NCBI GenBank assembly: GCA_049903315.1
Contig: JBNGBT010000005.1
Location: 160,001 to 224,000 of the forward strand
Reading direction: 5' to 3'
From: Candidatus Cloacimonadota bacterium
Lineage (GTDB): Bacteria; Cloacimonadota; Cloacimonadia; JGIOTU-2
DNA length: 64,000 nt
Shown: positions 54,171 to 64,000 of the stretch, in pieces
Layout of the letters: every line of letters starts with the position of its first letter
Numbering within the stretch: the stretch's first letter is position 1
Made by a program: the position numbers and the translations under genes
The notes under the pieces: model-generated
Seen by the model: only the letters and a program-made list of their open reading frames with translations
What the model was told of the DNA's origin: nothing
Database searches by the model: none

Positions 54171-55572
54171 TTATCTTCACAACCTTCCCAACATATGTAT
54201 TTTCGCCTTTAATCTTGATCAAATAAACACCCGCTCCAACTTCTTTCCCATGCATATCTTTCCCATCCCATTCAACTTTATTCATTTGTAATTTTAAATT
54301 TTGAATTTTTAATTCTCTTATGAGCTGCCCTTTGATATTAAAAATATCTAATGTCACTCTAGAAGATTTATCTAAATTAAATGATATTTTAGTTCCTTGA
54401 TCAAAGGGATTTGGTGAGTTATGAATATTTATAATGTCGGTTGGAATAATTTGATTATTTTCATCAACTGCAACCTGCCCAGTGCAATCTGTTTTTGTAA
54501 GCATGATATAATCATCCCAATTCATTTCATACTCCCCAGCACAAATAAAATGATTATTATTAATTCCCAAACATTTATCTCCTCTTCCACTATTGCCATT
54601 TAAGTTAGACACCCACAAACTGTCACCATTGCAACTATAAGCATATAAGTTTCCTCTACCGTATCCAATAATATATAGTGAATCGCAAACCATACTTCTA
54701 AAACCATAATCATAAGATGAACCAAATTCACTTAATATAAAAATAACATCCCCATAATTTGTAAGCTTTATGAGTACGCCATATATTGTTTTATTATCAG
54801 GTCTAAAATATCCAGAAACAAAAATTTCTTCATATATATTTTCTATTACACAAAAACCTTCATCAAAATTTCCATACCCATCAAAGGTACGTGACCATAA
54901 AGAATCCCCAATTGAGTTAACTTTTAAAGCAAAAATATCAGATCCATTACCGCTAGTATAACCTGTGGCAGCATAACCTCCGTCAGAGGTTTTAGTTATT
55001 GATTGGACACTGCCATTTCCACTGCCACTTAAATAATAAGTATATTCCCAAAGGATTTCAGCATTTTGAGTAATTTTTCTCATTGCAGGTAAACCATTCA
55101 TTCTTCCTGCAAGGATTATATTTCCATCATGAGTCAAATCCATAGAATGAATATACAAATCCTGTCCATCAACCACCCATTCCCGATTCCCTTCAGAATC
55201 CCTTTTTATCAATGCAGTACCTCCCCACAAAGAATACACAGCAGATAAAAAACCACCGTCCTCTGTTTGCACAAAAGCAGAGGATTCCGATTCCTCGATC
55301 CAGCTTATCGTGTCCTTTTTTGCCCAGAGGAAGTTGCCGAGACTATCTGTTTTCATCAAATAACCCCATTGGACTTCTGTCCAGTCATCAAAGTAATAGT
55401 AGAAGCCATTTACTGCAAAACCACCATCATTGCAAACGACAACATCTTCTACATAGTAATCTCCATCACCAAAAGGTTCATAGGTCTTTGCCCATGTATC
55501 TGTGGCTGAGAGCTGAATGGAGAATGTGAACAATAAAATGATAAAAAAAATGATATAATTTTTATAATTCAT
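54160..55572 (-). CDS. Secreted repeat protein with C-terminal FlgD-Ig / T9SS-type-A-like sorting domain
   Basis: Signal peptide, repeats of the type QTxDGGY/F...K.DS.G..LW, C-terminal NSPNPF...IFNIKGQLIR...WDGKD..G..VGAGVY. Confidence 0.85.
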   Translation of the reverse strand: MNYKNYIIFFIILLFTFSIQLSATDTWAKTYEPFGDGDYYVEDVVVCNDGGFAVNGFYYYFDDWTEVQWGYLMKTDSLGNFLWAKKDTISWIEESESSAFVQTEDGGFLSAVYSLWGGTALIKRDSEGNREWVVDGQDLYIHSMDLTHDGNIILAGRMNGLPAMRKITQNAEILWEYTYYLSGSGNGSVQSITKTSDGGYAATGYTSGNGSDIFALKVNSIGDSLWSRTFDGYGNFDEGFCVIENIYEEIFVSGYFRPDNKTIYGVLIKLTNYGDVIFILSEFGSSYDYGFRSMVCDSLYIIGYGRGNLYAYSCNGDSLWVSNLNGNSGRGDKCLGINNNHFICAGEYEMNWDDYIMLTKTDCTGQVAVDENNQIIPTDIINIHNSPNPFDQGTKISFNLDKSSRVTLDIFNIKGQLIRELKIQNLKLQMNKVEWDGKDMHGKEVGAGVYLIKIKGENTYVGKVVKITSP

Positions 55573-55609
55573 GGTTACCTCCTTAACTAAATAGGTTTTT
55601 CATAATTCT

Positions 55610-56761
55610 TTATGATTTTGATGGATCATGTTCCTGGATAAGCATTTTGCCGAGGAAACTTTTCTTGAGGGAAACTGCATGTTCGGGGCAAATTTCTATA
55701 CAGCACATGCAGAGGATACATTTTTGCGGATCAAGTTTTGGCGCAAGATCATTTTCTTCGAGAGTAAGAGCTTTGCCGGGGCAGAATTTCACACATGCCT
55801 TACACTGCACACATTTCACGGGTTCGAAGTAGGGGATCGTCCAGAAGAAATGTTTGAAAAATCCCTTTAAAGGTACTGAAAGGAGGTTGAGTATCCTGTT
55901 TTTTCTTTTACTTGCCTGGATGTTGCAATGGGGGAGTTTATAATTTTCTTCAAAATCCCCGGCGAATTCAAATTCATTATAATGTAATCCTTCTCTCTCA
56001 GCAGCTATTCGAGTAGTCGGTATTTTTTCTGGTTTATATCCCATGACTTTGCTCGCAAAAAAGTCGAGTGCTATTGCATTTTTGCTGCCGAGTACAATAT
56101 CAAATTTTTTCACATCACCTGTCGAAGGTCCGTCTCCATCCATGCCGATTATACCATCTATCAGATTGAAGGCAACCTTGTCCTTTATGATTTCATAAAT
56201 ATCAGCGACGAATTCTGCGAATTTCTTAGGATTCGGTGCAAGCCGGTGCAAGTTGGATTTTGCCAGCCCGGGGATAATACCGTAGAAATTCTTAATCGCT
56301 CCCGTAAAAAGTGTGTACATGTGAGTCTTGAGTTTTGCGAGGTTGATTATCGCTTCTGCATCGATAAATGCCTTATTCACCGTGTATTTTGCGTTCATGT
56401 TATAGGTATAAATTCCATTTTTGACTGGATTTATTAGCGTAATTCCATAGAGTTTTGCAAGACTCTCCATACCGGTCAATTGATATGCCCTCATTGCATT
56501 TACTGTACCTCCGGGATTGTCCATAAGAGCTATCTTTATTTTGTGATCTTTGAGTATTTCAATCACTCCTGCAACAAGATTCGGATGGGTTGTGATTGCT
56601 CTATCCGGCGGGTACGCACCGAGCAGATTGGGTTTCAGAAGTACTGTTGAAAGTGATTTCAAGGTTGGATAGAATTCGGTTTCAGTAAAGATGGTATCAA
56701 GAGCATTTTTGATCATTGTGATGTCATAAGTTGAACATTTTTTTGCAATTACTTTGTACAT
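55610..56761 (-). CDS. DUF362 protein with C-terminal 2x[4Fe-4S] ferredoxin
   Basis: VLLKPNLL, TTHP, LAKLKTH...TGAIKNFYG, GMDGDGP, two CxxCxxCxxxCP motifs. Confidence 0.88.
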   Translation of the reverse strand: MYKVIAKKCSTYDITMIKNALDTIFTETEFYPTLKSLSTVLLKPNLLGAYPPDRAITTHPNLVAGVIEILKDHKIKIALMDNPGGTVNAMRAYQLTGMESLAKLYGITLINPVKNGIYTYNMNAKYTVNKAFIDAEAIINLAKLKTHMYTLFTGAIKNFYGIIPGLAKSNLHRLAPNPKKFAEFVADIYEIIKDKVAFNLIDGIIGMDGDGPSTGDVKKFDIVLGSKNAIALDFFASKVMGYKPEKIPTTRIAAEREGLHYNEFEFAGDFEENYKLPHCNIQASKRKNRILNLLSVPLKGFFKHFFWTIPYFEPVKCVQCKACVKFCPGKALTLEENDLAPKLDPQKCILCMCCIEICPEHAVSLKKSFLGKMLIQEHDPSKS

Positions 56762-56769
56762 ATGAGTCC

Positions 56770-58035
56770 TTAGCTTTTTATAAAATTCGGGTAGAAAATT
56801 CCACCGCTTGGTACAATGTAGCAGGAGAATTCCTCACCTTCTTTGTTTCTCACAAATTCGAGAGCTTCTTCCACAGATTCAGCAGGAATAAAATGCACTG
56901 CTTTTACGAGTTCGGGATCCATAGAGCTGATAACAAGAATATCAGCCTGCTTCAATAATCTGCCTGTGGCGAAAGCGCGATGTCCTCCGATCTGAATATC
57001 TTTTTGATCAACTTTGAAGAGATCATCGACTGTATTGGCTTTTCGCAGTTGTTTTTCCATTTCATCCTGTCCCATATTTTCCCTGCTTTCCGTAACTAAT
57101 ATAACGGTACCCCCCTCTTTAACGAGGTCTATTGTGCTGTTTAATGCCTTCTGCGATTGATAAAAATTTATATCCTTGGGATAACCGCCTACTGATACTA
57201 TCACTGCATCAGCCTTTTCCGAGAATTTTACAGAATTGTTTTCATTGAAGAATTTTACTCCTTCATAAAAGGCATCATTGAGTGAACCTGCAAAGCATTG
57301 AACGAGTTTTTTTTCATGATTAAGAATAGACTGTACAGTAAAATCGATTCCTACCTTTGCTGCTGCTTCAGTCATTTCAAGGTGTATTTTATTGCCTTCC
57401 AGATTTCCAAGAGCAGCGTAATGATGAATAATGTTTGAGTGATTGTGACGTACGGTTTCATACCCGGAAATTCCCGGCAGAACTGATTTTCTTCCTCCGC
57501 CGAAACCTGCAAAGTAATGGGGACTTATCACACCTATTGTGATAATAAAATCAGCTTCTGCGACACGTTTATTTACATACAACTCATTCCCGGAAGCCAA
57601 CGCGCCGAGATGAACAAGGTCGACAGCCCTGCAATCATGATTTGCTATGGAGAAGTTATCGACAACCCAATTTCCGTAATGATAGCGCATTTCCGATTCC
57701 GTCATTTTTCTGTGTGTGCCGTTTGCGACCTGGATGTGAATCGCGCTTTGAGGAATTCCATAGGAGATGAGTTCCTGAAGTATTGTTTTCAGGAGAATCG
57801 CAAAAGGAGCAGGACGGGTAATATCACTAACTATAATAACAATGTTTTGAGGTTGCTTGCTTTTTATCAGCTCGCGTAGAGAAGGAGAAGCAATAGGGGA
57901 TTCAATTTTTTCGCGAATGAGTTCTGCAGGATTATTGTGCGCATCAACATGCTTCATCTCAAGAATTCCCAGTACATTCCTGTCTGGTATTTCGAATGTT
58001 TTATAGCCTTTGCCGTATTTCAGTTTAATTTCCAT
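56770..58035 (-). CDS. Nickel-pincer-dependent lactate racemase (LarA) family protein
   Basis: SDITRP, ANGTHR, NHD, PHYFAGFGGGRKSVLPG, GGYPKDINFYQSQK. Substrate cannot be determined from sequence. Confidence 0.88.
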   Translation of the reverse strand: MEIKLKYGKGYKTFEIPDRNVLGILEMKHVDAHNNPAELIREKIESPIASPSLRELIKSKQPQNIVIIVSDITRPAPFAILLKTILQELISYGIPQSAIHIQVANGTHRKMTESEMRYHYGNWVVDNFSIANHDCRAVDLVHLGALASGNELYVNKRVAEADFIITIGVISPHYFAGFGGGRKSVLPGISGYETVRHNHSNIIHHYAALGNLEGNKIHLEMTEAAAKVGIDFTVQSILNHEKKLVQCFAGSLNDAFYEGVKFFNENNSVKFSEKADAVIVSVGGYPKDINFYQSQKALNSTIDLVKEGGTVILVTESRENMGQDEMEKQLRKANTVDDLFKVDQKDIQIGGHRAFATGRLLKQADILVISSMDPELVKAVHFIPAESVEEALEFVRNKEGEEFSCYIVPSGGIFYPNFIKS

Positions 58036-58041
58036 ATTTTA

Positions 58042-60726
58042 TTAATGTGCATCAAACCAGCTCTTACCATAACCGATATCTACCTTGATTGGTACAATAC
58101 CTACATATTCGTCGGGGAGCACATTCTCCATCTCTTTTTTGATTAAATTTTTATAAAAATCAATCTTGTCTTTTTTTATCTCAAATACCAATTCATCATG
58201 TACCTGGATGATCATCATAATCTCATCTGTTTTATGAGAAATCTTATCATAAAGTGCATTCATTGCGATTTTTATCATGTCTGCTGCAGTGCCTTGAATT
58301 GGCATATTTATTGCCATGCGTTCTTCGTTTGACTGCACATTTCTGTTCCGGCTGTTAATGCCCGGCAGGTATCTGCGTCTGTTAAAAATGGTCTTAACAT
58401 ATCCTTTATCATGAGCGAATTTTTTTGTGGATTCAAGGTAGTTATATACTCCTCTGTAAAAGGAAAAGTAATTATCAATAAATTCCTGAGCTTCTGATCG
58501 TGAAATACGGAGATCTTCTGATAATGAGAAAGCTCCCATGCCGTAAATGATTCCGAAATTTATCACTTTTGCCTGTCTTCTTTGGTCCGGCGTAACTGCT
58601 TTTTCATTAATTCCGAAAATAGTTGCAGCAGTTTGTGAATGAATATCTCCACCCTTTTTAAAATTCTCGATCATCTGTTCATCTTTTGAGAGCATGGCAA
58701 CAATCCGGAGTTCTATTTGTGAATAGTCTGCAGATAGGATGAGATGGTCATCTTTTTGAGCGATAAATCCTTTTCTCATTTCTCTGCCAATCTCAGTACG
58801 GATCGGTATATTCTGTAGATTTGGATTTGAACTTGAGAGTCGTCCTGTTGCAGTCACAGTCTGATTAAATGAAGAATGAATGCGGTGCGTTCTTGAATTT
58901 ATGAGTTTGGGAAACGCATCGATATATGTGGACTGCAATTTTTTCAACTGCCTGTAATCAATGATATCCTGTGCGATTTCATATGTTCTGCTAAGTTTCG
59001 TAAGCACCTCAATATCAGTGGAATAGCCTGTTTTTGTTTTCTTGATTATTGGCAGATCCATTTTGTCAAACAGTACTTCGGCAAGTTGTGAAGGGGAATC
59101 AATATTGAACTGTTCACCTGTTTTGAAATAGATTGTATCTTTCAGTTCCTCGGTTTTATGCTGAAGTTCATTTGATATCTTTCTGAAAAGCGGAAGGTCG
59201 ATGTAAATACCGTTTCTTTCCATTTGTGCAAGAGCTTTGACCAAAGGCATTTCTATCTCGTAGAATAGTTTTGAGAGTTCAGCTTTATCGATTTGGGATT
59301 TAAGTTTTTCCCAGAGCAGGAAGGTGATGTATGCATCCTCTGCAGCATATTCAGCAGCTTTCTCTATTTCAGCTTCTCCAAACTGGATTTGATTTTTTCC
59401 TTTCCCGATTATATCTGTAATGGGTATCATTTTGTGTTGGAGAAATTTCATGCTTACTTCATTGAGGTTGTGGCGGTGCTCTTCCGGCGCAAGCACATAC
59501 GAACCGATCAACGTATCAAAATAAAGATTATTTACCTCAATCCCTTCATTCTGGAAAACCATATAATCATATTTAACATTGTGCCCTATAAATTTCTTTA
59601 AAGGATCTTCCAAAATTGGTTTTAATTCATATAAAACTTTCTCTTTATTGAGTTGTTTTCCAAAAATATGTTCTACAGGAATGTAAAACGATTTTTCATC
59701 ACTCGCACAAAATGAGATGCCCACGATACGGGCTTCAATTGGATTGCGCGAGTCGGTTTCGAGATCAACAGCAATATAGGATGAACTCTTCAACAAGGTT
59801 AATAATGCCGAGAAAGATTTCTCATTATCCACGATCTCGTAAGAAAATTCTTTTTTCTCAGGCTGCTCGATATCACCCTCAAAATATTTCATAAAGGCAT
59901 ACATTTCGTAGTGTACACAGAAATCCCTCAAGGACTCAGTAAATATATCAGGTACTTTCATAGAATCTATAGAAAGTTCGATGGGAACATGTTTATCAAG
60001 AATGACGAGTTCTTTTGAAAGCCGTCCCTGATCAGCAAATTCTGTGAGTGTAGTTTTTATTTTTTCAGAAGTTATCTCGCCTGCATGGCTGAGTATACTT
60101 TCCAGATCGCCATAATCTTTGATGAGCTTTGCGGCGGTTTTCGGTCCTACTTTTGGAATTCCCGGAACATTATCTGAAGAATCTCCGGCAAGTGCAAGAA
60201 GGTCAGTAATTTTTTCGGGAGGAACATCAAATTTCTCTTCAACCTCTTTTATGCCGATAAATTTGTCTTTTGCAGGTTCGTATAATTTCACATGTTCATT
60301 CACAAGCTGGTACAGATCTTTATCAGAAGACACAATAACAATATCGTGTTCATCCTCATAACGATTTGTCAGAGTGGCAATTATGTCGTCTGCTTCATAA
60401 CCTGGTTTGGAGAGCTTCGCAATATGTGAAAGTGTGACCATGTCAATGATGGGTTCAAGCTGTTCGACAAGGTCTTCAGGCATTTTATCCCGTGTTGCTT
60501 TGTATTCTTTGTATACTTTATGACGGAAAGTGGGTTCCTTTTCATCAAAAGTAATTGCAAAATACTCAGGTTCAAATCGCTCAAAAAGGGAGATGATCGT
60601 TCGCAGAAAACCGAAGATCGCACTTGTGTTTTCTCCCCTGGAATTGATGAGCGGACGGTTCTTGAATGCAAAATAAGAACGATATATTATAGCTGAGCCG
60701 TCAATGACATATATTGATTTTTTCAT
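58042..60726 (-). CDS. polA: DNA polymerase I
   Basis: 5'-3' exonuclease (IDGS, YEADD, GDSSDNVPG), 3'-5' exonuclease (DLET), TGRLSSSNPNLQNIP, DYSQIELR, INFGIIYG, QVHDEL. Confidence 0.98.
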   Translation of the reverse strand: MKKSIYVIDGSAIIYRSYFAFKNRPLINSRGENTSAIFGFLRTIISLFERFEPEYFAITFDEKEPTFRHKVYKEYKATRDKMPEDLVEQLEPIIDMVTLSHIAKLSKPGYEADDIIATLTNRYEDEHDIVIVSSDKDLYQLVNEHVKLYEPAKDKFIGIKEVEEKFDVPPEKITDLLALAGDSSDNVPGIPKVGPKTAAKLIKDYGDLESILSHAGEITSEKIKTTLTEFADQGRLSKELVILDKHVPIELSIDSMKVPDIFTESLRDFCVHYEMYAFMKYFEGDIEQPEKKEFSYEIVDNEKSFSALLTLLKSSSYIAVDLETDSRNPIEARIVGISFCASDEKSFYIPVEHIFGKQLNKEKVLYELKPILEDPLKKFIGHNVKYDYMVFQNEGIEVNNLYFDTLIGSYVLAPEEHRHNLNEVSMKFLQHKMIPITDIIGKGKNQIQFGEAEIEKAAEYAAEDAYITFLLWEKLKSQIDKAELSKLFYEIEMPLVKALAQMERNGIYIDLPLFRKISNELQHKTEELKDTIYFKTGEQFNIDSPSQLAEVLFDKMDLPIIKKTKTGYSTDIEVLTKLSRTYEIAQDIIDYRQLKKLQSTYIDAFPKLINSRTHRIHSSFNQTVTATGRLSSSNPNLQNIPIRTEIGREMRKGFIAQKDDHLILSADYSQIELRIVAMLSKDEQMIENFKKGGDIHSQTAATIFGINEKAVTPDQRRQAKVINFGIIYGMGAFSLSEDLRISRSEAQEFIDNYFSFYRGVYNYLESTKKFAHDKGYVKTIFNRRRYLPGINSRNRNVQSNEERMAINMPIQGTAADMIKIAMNALYDKISHKTDEIMMIIQVHDELVFEIKKDKIDFYKNLIKKEMENVLPDEYVGIVPIKVDIGYGKSWFDAH

Positions 60727-60813
60727 ACGAACATTTCCAGTATCCGCTGTGTAAGTGTCAATAATAATATTGACAAAAATTGATCAAATGAAAAGACATC
60801 ATATTAATATATT

Positions 60814-61935
60814 ATGTTAATAAAAAAATATTTATTTATAATTTTACTGATTTTATTCAGCGCTTCACTTTGTGCAAAAGAGTATGGCGTTTCATATCTG
60901 AACTCCTCTCGCAGAGACCATTTACCGATCATGGTAATAGAGGGAAGGGATTATCTGAACCTGTATGATCTCGAACGTATCTTTGACGGATCTATCAAGG
61001 TAGATCAGAAATCACAAACAATAAGCTCTGTCATTTTTGATAAAAAGTGTGAGTTTTCTTTTTTTAATAACTGGGTGCATTTTGGAAACCACAGCTACAA
61101 CCTGCATAATGACATTCAGGTCGTGAATGGTTTCTTTTATGTGCCGGTATATTTTTTACATCTTTGTGCTGATAAGTTTTTTCCTGATGAAGTCATTTTG
61201 GACGATGGAAATGTGATTATAAATTTTGCTTCGATGGAAAAATATCTGATAAAAACTATTGTACTCGATCCGGGACATGGAGGAAAAGATCCCGGTGCAG
61301 TGGGAAGAATACTTGGCCTTCAGGAAAAAGATATTGTGCTTAATATTGCAAAAAAAGTTAAGGCATTGCTCGAGAAAGATCTTGATGTGAAAGTACTTCT
61401 CACTCGGCATGATGACAGGTTTGTTTCGCTTGGCGATAGAACGGATTTTGCCAATGACAATCAAGCTGATATTTTTGTAAGCATTCACTGCAACGCAGCA
61501 TATAATACTAAAGCAAATGGTTCTGAAGTATATTATCTGTCTACAGCTCAAACCCATGAGGCGCGTGCAGTCGAGGCAATGGAGAATGAGGTGATCAAAT
61601 TTGAAGATCAGGAAAGTATCTCCCGTTACACAGATCTTGATTTCATTCTTTATGATATGCGTCAAACTGAGTATCTCAACGAGAGCAGTGAACTTTCTGA
61701 TATGTGCCAGAAGCAGCTGGTAAATACTCTTTCAACAAAAAATAATGGAGTTCGTCAGGCAAATTTCTATGTGCTTCGCGGTGCTTTCATGCCTGCGGTA
61801 CTTGTCGAAGTTGCATATCTTTCTAATAAATATGAAGAAAAAAAACTTCTTTCCAAAGATTTTCAGGAAAAAGCTGCAAAAGCAATATATACGAGCATAA
61901 AGCAGTTTAAAGATAAATACGATAAGATGAATTAA
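60814..61935 (+). CDS. N-acetylmuramoyl-L-alanine amidase (Amidase_3)
   Basis: Signal peptide, LDPGHGGKDPGA, EKDI, FVSIHCN, MPAVLVEVAYLSN. Confidence 0.93.
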   Translation: MLIKKYLFIILLILFSASLCAKEYGVSYLNSSRRDHLPIMVIEGRDYLNLYDLERIFDGSIKVDQKSQTISSVIFDKKCEFSFFNNWVHFGNHSYNLHNDIQVVNGFFYVPVYFLHLCADKFFPDEVILDDGNVIINFASMEKYLIKTIVLDPGHGGKDPGAVGRILGLQEKDIVLNIAKKVKALLEKDLDVKVLLTRHDDRFVSLGDRTDFANDNQADIFVSIHCNAAYNTKANGSEVYYLSTAQTHEARAVEAMENEVIKFEDQESISRYTDLDFILYDMRQTEYLNESSELSDMCQKQLVNTLSTKNNGVRQANFYVLRGAFMPAVLVEVAYLSNKYEEKKLLSKDFQEKAAKAIYTSIKQFKDKYDKMN

Positions 61936-61944
61936 ATTTTTGAG

Positions 61945-63546
61945 GTGAATAAAATGAAAAAGATAATTCTGATTGTTATAATAAGTTTTTTTATTCTCAC
62001 CTGTAATGTTTCTGCCAAGTCGATGTTCGCCATCGGCAATATGTACGGAGCACCCACTACAGTCATTCTCTCTTATGATATGCAACTCGAAGGAATTCAA
62101 AAACAAGAGATCTTGAACATTCCCAATCACGGCACCGGTGCATATGATATGTCTATAGAACCATATAATGAACTCTTGTTTATCTCCTATAGGAATAGTA
62201 ATGTTGTAGAAGTGGTATATGCGCCATTACTTACAAGTTGGGGATTTGCAGAGCTCGGAGAAATCACAAATCCTGCAAGTATTAAATACAATTATGGAAC
62301 AAATACTCTGTTTGCTCTTGAAAGGAATACAAACAAGCTTTATCCATATACTTGGTATTATCAGGATACAACTTTTACTTATGCGAATCATTTTGCTCCT
62401 CATTATACTGAGCTTGAAAACATAGTAAGTGCGCAGGACATGGCTTTTGATGAAGATAATAATTTGCTCTATGTGGCTGACAGCACACAAAAATTAATCC
62501 ATTATTATGCAGTTTATGATATGTACGATATCAAGAACGAAATATTATATTCCGATAGTATTGAAGTCGATCAGAAACCAACCTCCATTGCAGTCGAAGA
62601 CGGGAAATATCTCTACATTGCAAATAATTCATATGGTTCCAAAATTCTTCAATATGATCTCAAATCCTTAACACTACGCTCTTATGAGCTTTCTGCTGAT
62701 AGTTATGTTATGAAATTAGCTGTTGATCAATTCACAGGAAATGTCTTTGCATCATTGAGTACTACATCAGGTATAAATAAAATCCTTGTGCTTGATGACA
62801 TTCTTGAAGAACTCTACATTCTTGAAGATGAGGAGATAGTGTGGCCATCTGGAATATGTGTTCCTGATCAGGATATTGGGTATAATCCCTTCGATGTTCA
62901 GAAGGATGATGGAGTTTTCACATGGATTTCTCCAAATAAAATAATGAGGTATACTATTTCATATCAAAATTTACTTAATTACCAGTTAGATGATGTGCTC
63001 ATCACAGACTGGCTTCCTTCAGATCAGCATGTGTCGATGCACGATGTGAGCACTGGCGGTGTATATGATCAGCAGGAGCATCTTATTACCTGGGAGGTTG
63101 GGTCTTTGCCTGCTGGCGGAGATGAAGAAGAAGTCTGGGTAGAAGTACGTGTAAGTTCCGGCATCCAAACTCCTGATACATTGACCAATTACTGTACAAT
63201 TGGGAATGATGAGGTGACCACAACCACGTACGTGCAAACTCTTGTACGAAGTAAAACTCCGATCACTCAATCCTATTTTGATCCGAATCCCTTTTGTCCC
63301 AGTATACCTACCGATGCAGGTTTCGCACATTTGAATTTTACGCACAAAGATTCTCCAATAACGCTCGTTAAAATTTTTGATATGTCTGGTGAATTAGTAC
63401 TTGAGACAAAGAATTGGAACTCCACAGAAGTATTTTGGGGCGGGAGGAATCAATCCGGAAAATACGTAGCAAACGGCGTTTATTTTATGATAGTTATGAA
63501 TGAAGCCAAAGAGAAAGCACTTATTAAAATTGCAGTGCTCAGGTAA
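61945..63546 (+). CDS. Secreted protein: beta-propeller, DUF11-like Ig domain and FlgD-like C-terminal domain
   Basis: Signal peptide, YTISYQN...VLITDWLP...ITWEVGSL, PNPF...KIFDMSGELV...WGGRN..G.YVANGVY. Start is 61945 (GTG) or 61954 (ATG). Confidence 0.75.
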   Translation: MNKMKKIILIVIISFFILTCNVSAKSMFAIGNMYGAPTTVILSYDMQLEGIQKQEILNIPNHGTGAYDMSIEPYNELLFISYRNSNVVEVVYAPLLTSWGFAELGEITNPASIKYNYGTNTLFALERNTNKLYPYTWYYQDTTFTYANHFAPHYTELENIVSAQDMAFDEDNNLLYVADSTQKLIHYYAVYDMYDIKNEILYSDSIEVDQKPTSIAVEDGKYLYIANNSYGSKILQYDLKSLTLRSYELSADSYVMKLAVDQFTGNVFASLSTTSGINKILVLDDILEELYILEDEEIVWPSGICVPDQDIGYNPFDVQKDDGVFTWISPNKIMRYTISYQNLLNYQLDDVLITDWLPSDQHVSMHDVSTGGVYDQQEHLITWEVGSLPAGGDEEEVWVEVRVSSGIQTPDTLTNYCTIGNDEVTTTTYVQTLVRSKTPITQSYFDPNPFCPSIPTDAGFAHLNFTHKDSPITLVKIFDMSGELVLETKNWNSTEVFWGGRNQSGKYVANGVYFMIVMNEAKEKALIKIAVLR

Positions 63547-63602
63547 TATTATGATAAATTTGACAGAATTATTGAAATAGAAAAGGTCATTAAGAGGTTT
63601 AT

Positions 63603-64000
63603 ATGAAATTTTTTAAAATAATTATGGTGGGATTGCTCTTAACAATGTTATCAATATCATTGTATGCACAAGCATCTGATTCACTTCTTATGAAACTTGA
63701 TGAAAACAACTATAAGATTGATATCATCAACATTGATGTTGCAAATAAAGAGATCACTTTTCCTGCAGAGTTCAATATGAATAGAGGAGTGATCGAAACA
63801 ATCCTTGTTGGTCCTCAAGGAAGATTACACGAAACGATATTAAAAACTGATGCTCTTCCATCATACATCCAGACCTCACTTCTTCTGTTGGGTTTGGAAT
63901 GTGGGCAAAACATGGAACTCGGCAACTATGACACAATGCCGGAAGGTGACTCTCTCTTTGTATATGCGATCTGGACTGATACCTTGGGCATCTCACATGA
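63603..64000 (+). CDS. Exported protein, YdjY-like domain (3' end outside window; absent from the ORF track)
   Basis: Manual translation MKFFKIIMVGLLLTMLSISLYAQ...IETILVGPQGRLHETILKTDALPSYIQTSLLLLGL..., open to the window end. RBS gagg upstream. Confidence 0.7.
   Translation, partial: MKFFKIIMVGLLLTMLSISLYAQASDSLLMKLDENNYKIDIINIDVANKEITFPAEFNMNRGVIETILVGPQGRLHETILKTDALPSYIQTSLLLLGLECGQNMELGNYDTMPEGDSLFVYAIWTDTLGISH

Overview
Bacterial (diderm) genomic window, probably from an anaerobe of the FCB group such as Cloacimonadota. This is inferred from the porX-tsaE pair, FlgD/T9SS-like C-terminal sorting domains, kdsB and lnt. It contains: (i) housekeeping genes (secA 3' part, topA, rseP, tgt, PorX-like regulator, tsaE, phosphohexomutase, kdsB, etfB, recJ, rnpB, polA); (ii) a ~13 kb catabolic cluster (AllH/AllF/AllG-like, cyclase, three-subunit xanthine-dehydrogenase-family enzyme, GNAT-like protein, Cys-less thiolase plus DUF35, CGGC protein, uracil-type NCS2 permease); (iii) a four-gene two-component cluster and a short Rho paralog; (iv) a very AT-rich ~7 kb island with Vsr, a C5 methyltransferase and an NgoFVII-like nuclease, followed by a PRTase / P-loop ATPase / uncharacterised-protein triad that is a candidate anti-phage system; (v) an archaeal-type CoA-precursor operon (pantoate kinase, phosphopantothenate synthetase, PanE, PanB, MfnA-type decarboxylase, CoaBC) coupled to bacterial lnt-merR; and (vi) many small palindromic or nested repeats, one of which forms a helix of the RNase P RNA. 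No rRNA, tRNA, CRISPR array, integrase or transposase was seen. All family calls come from motif recognition by eye, not database searches.
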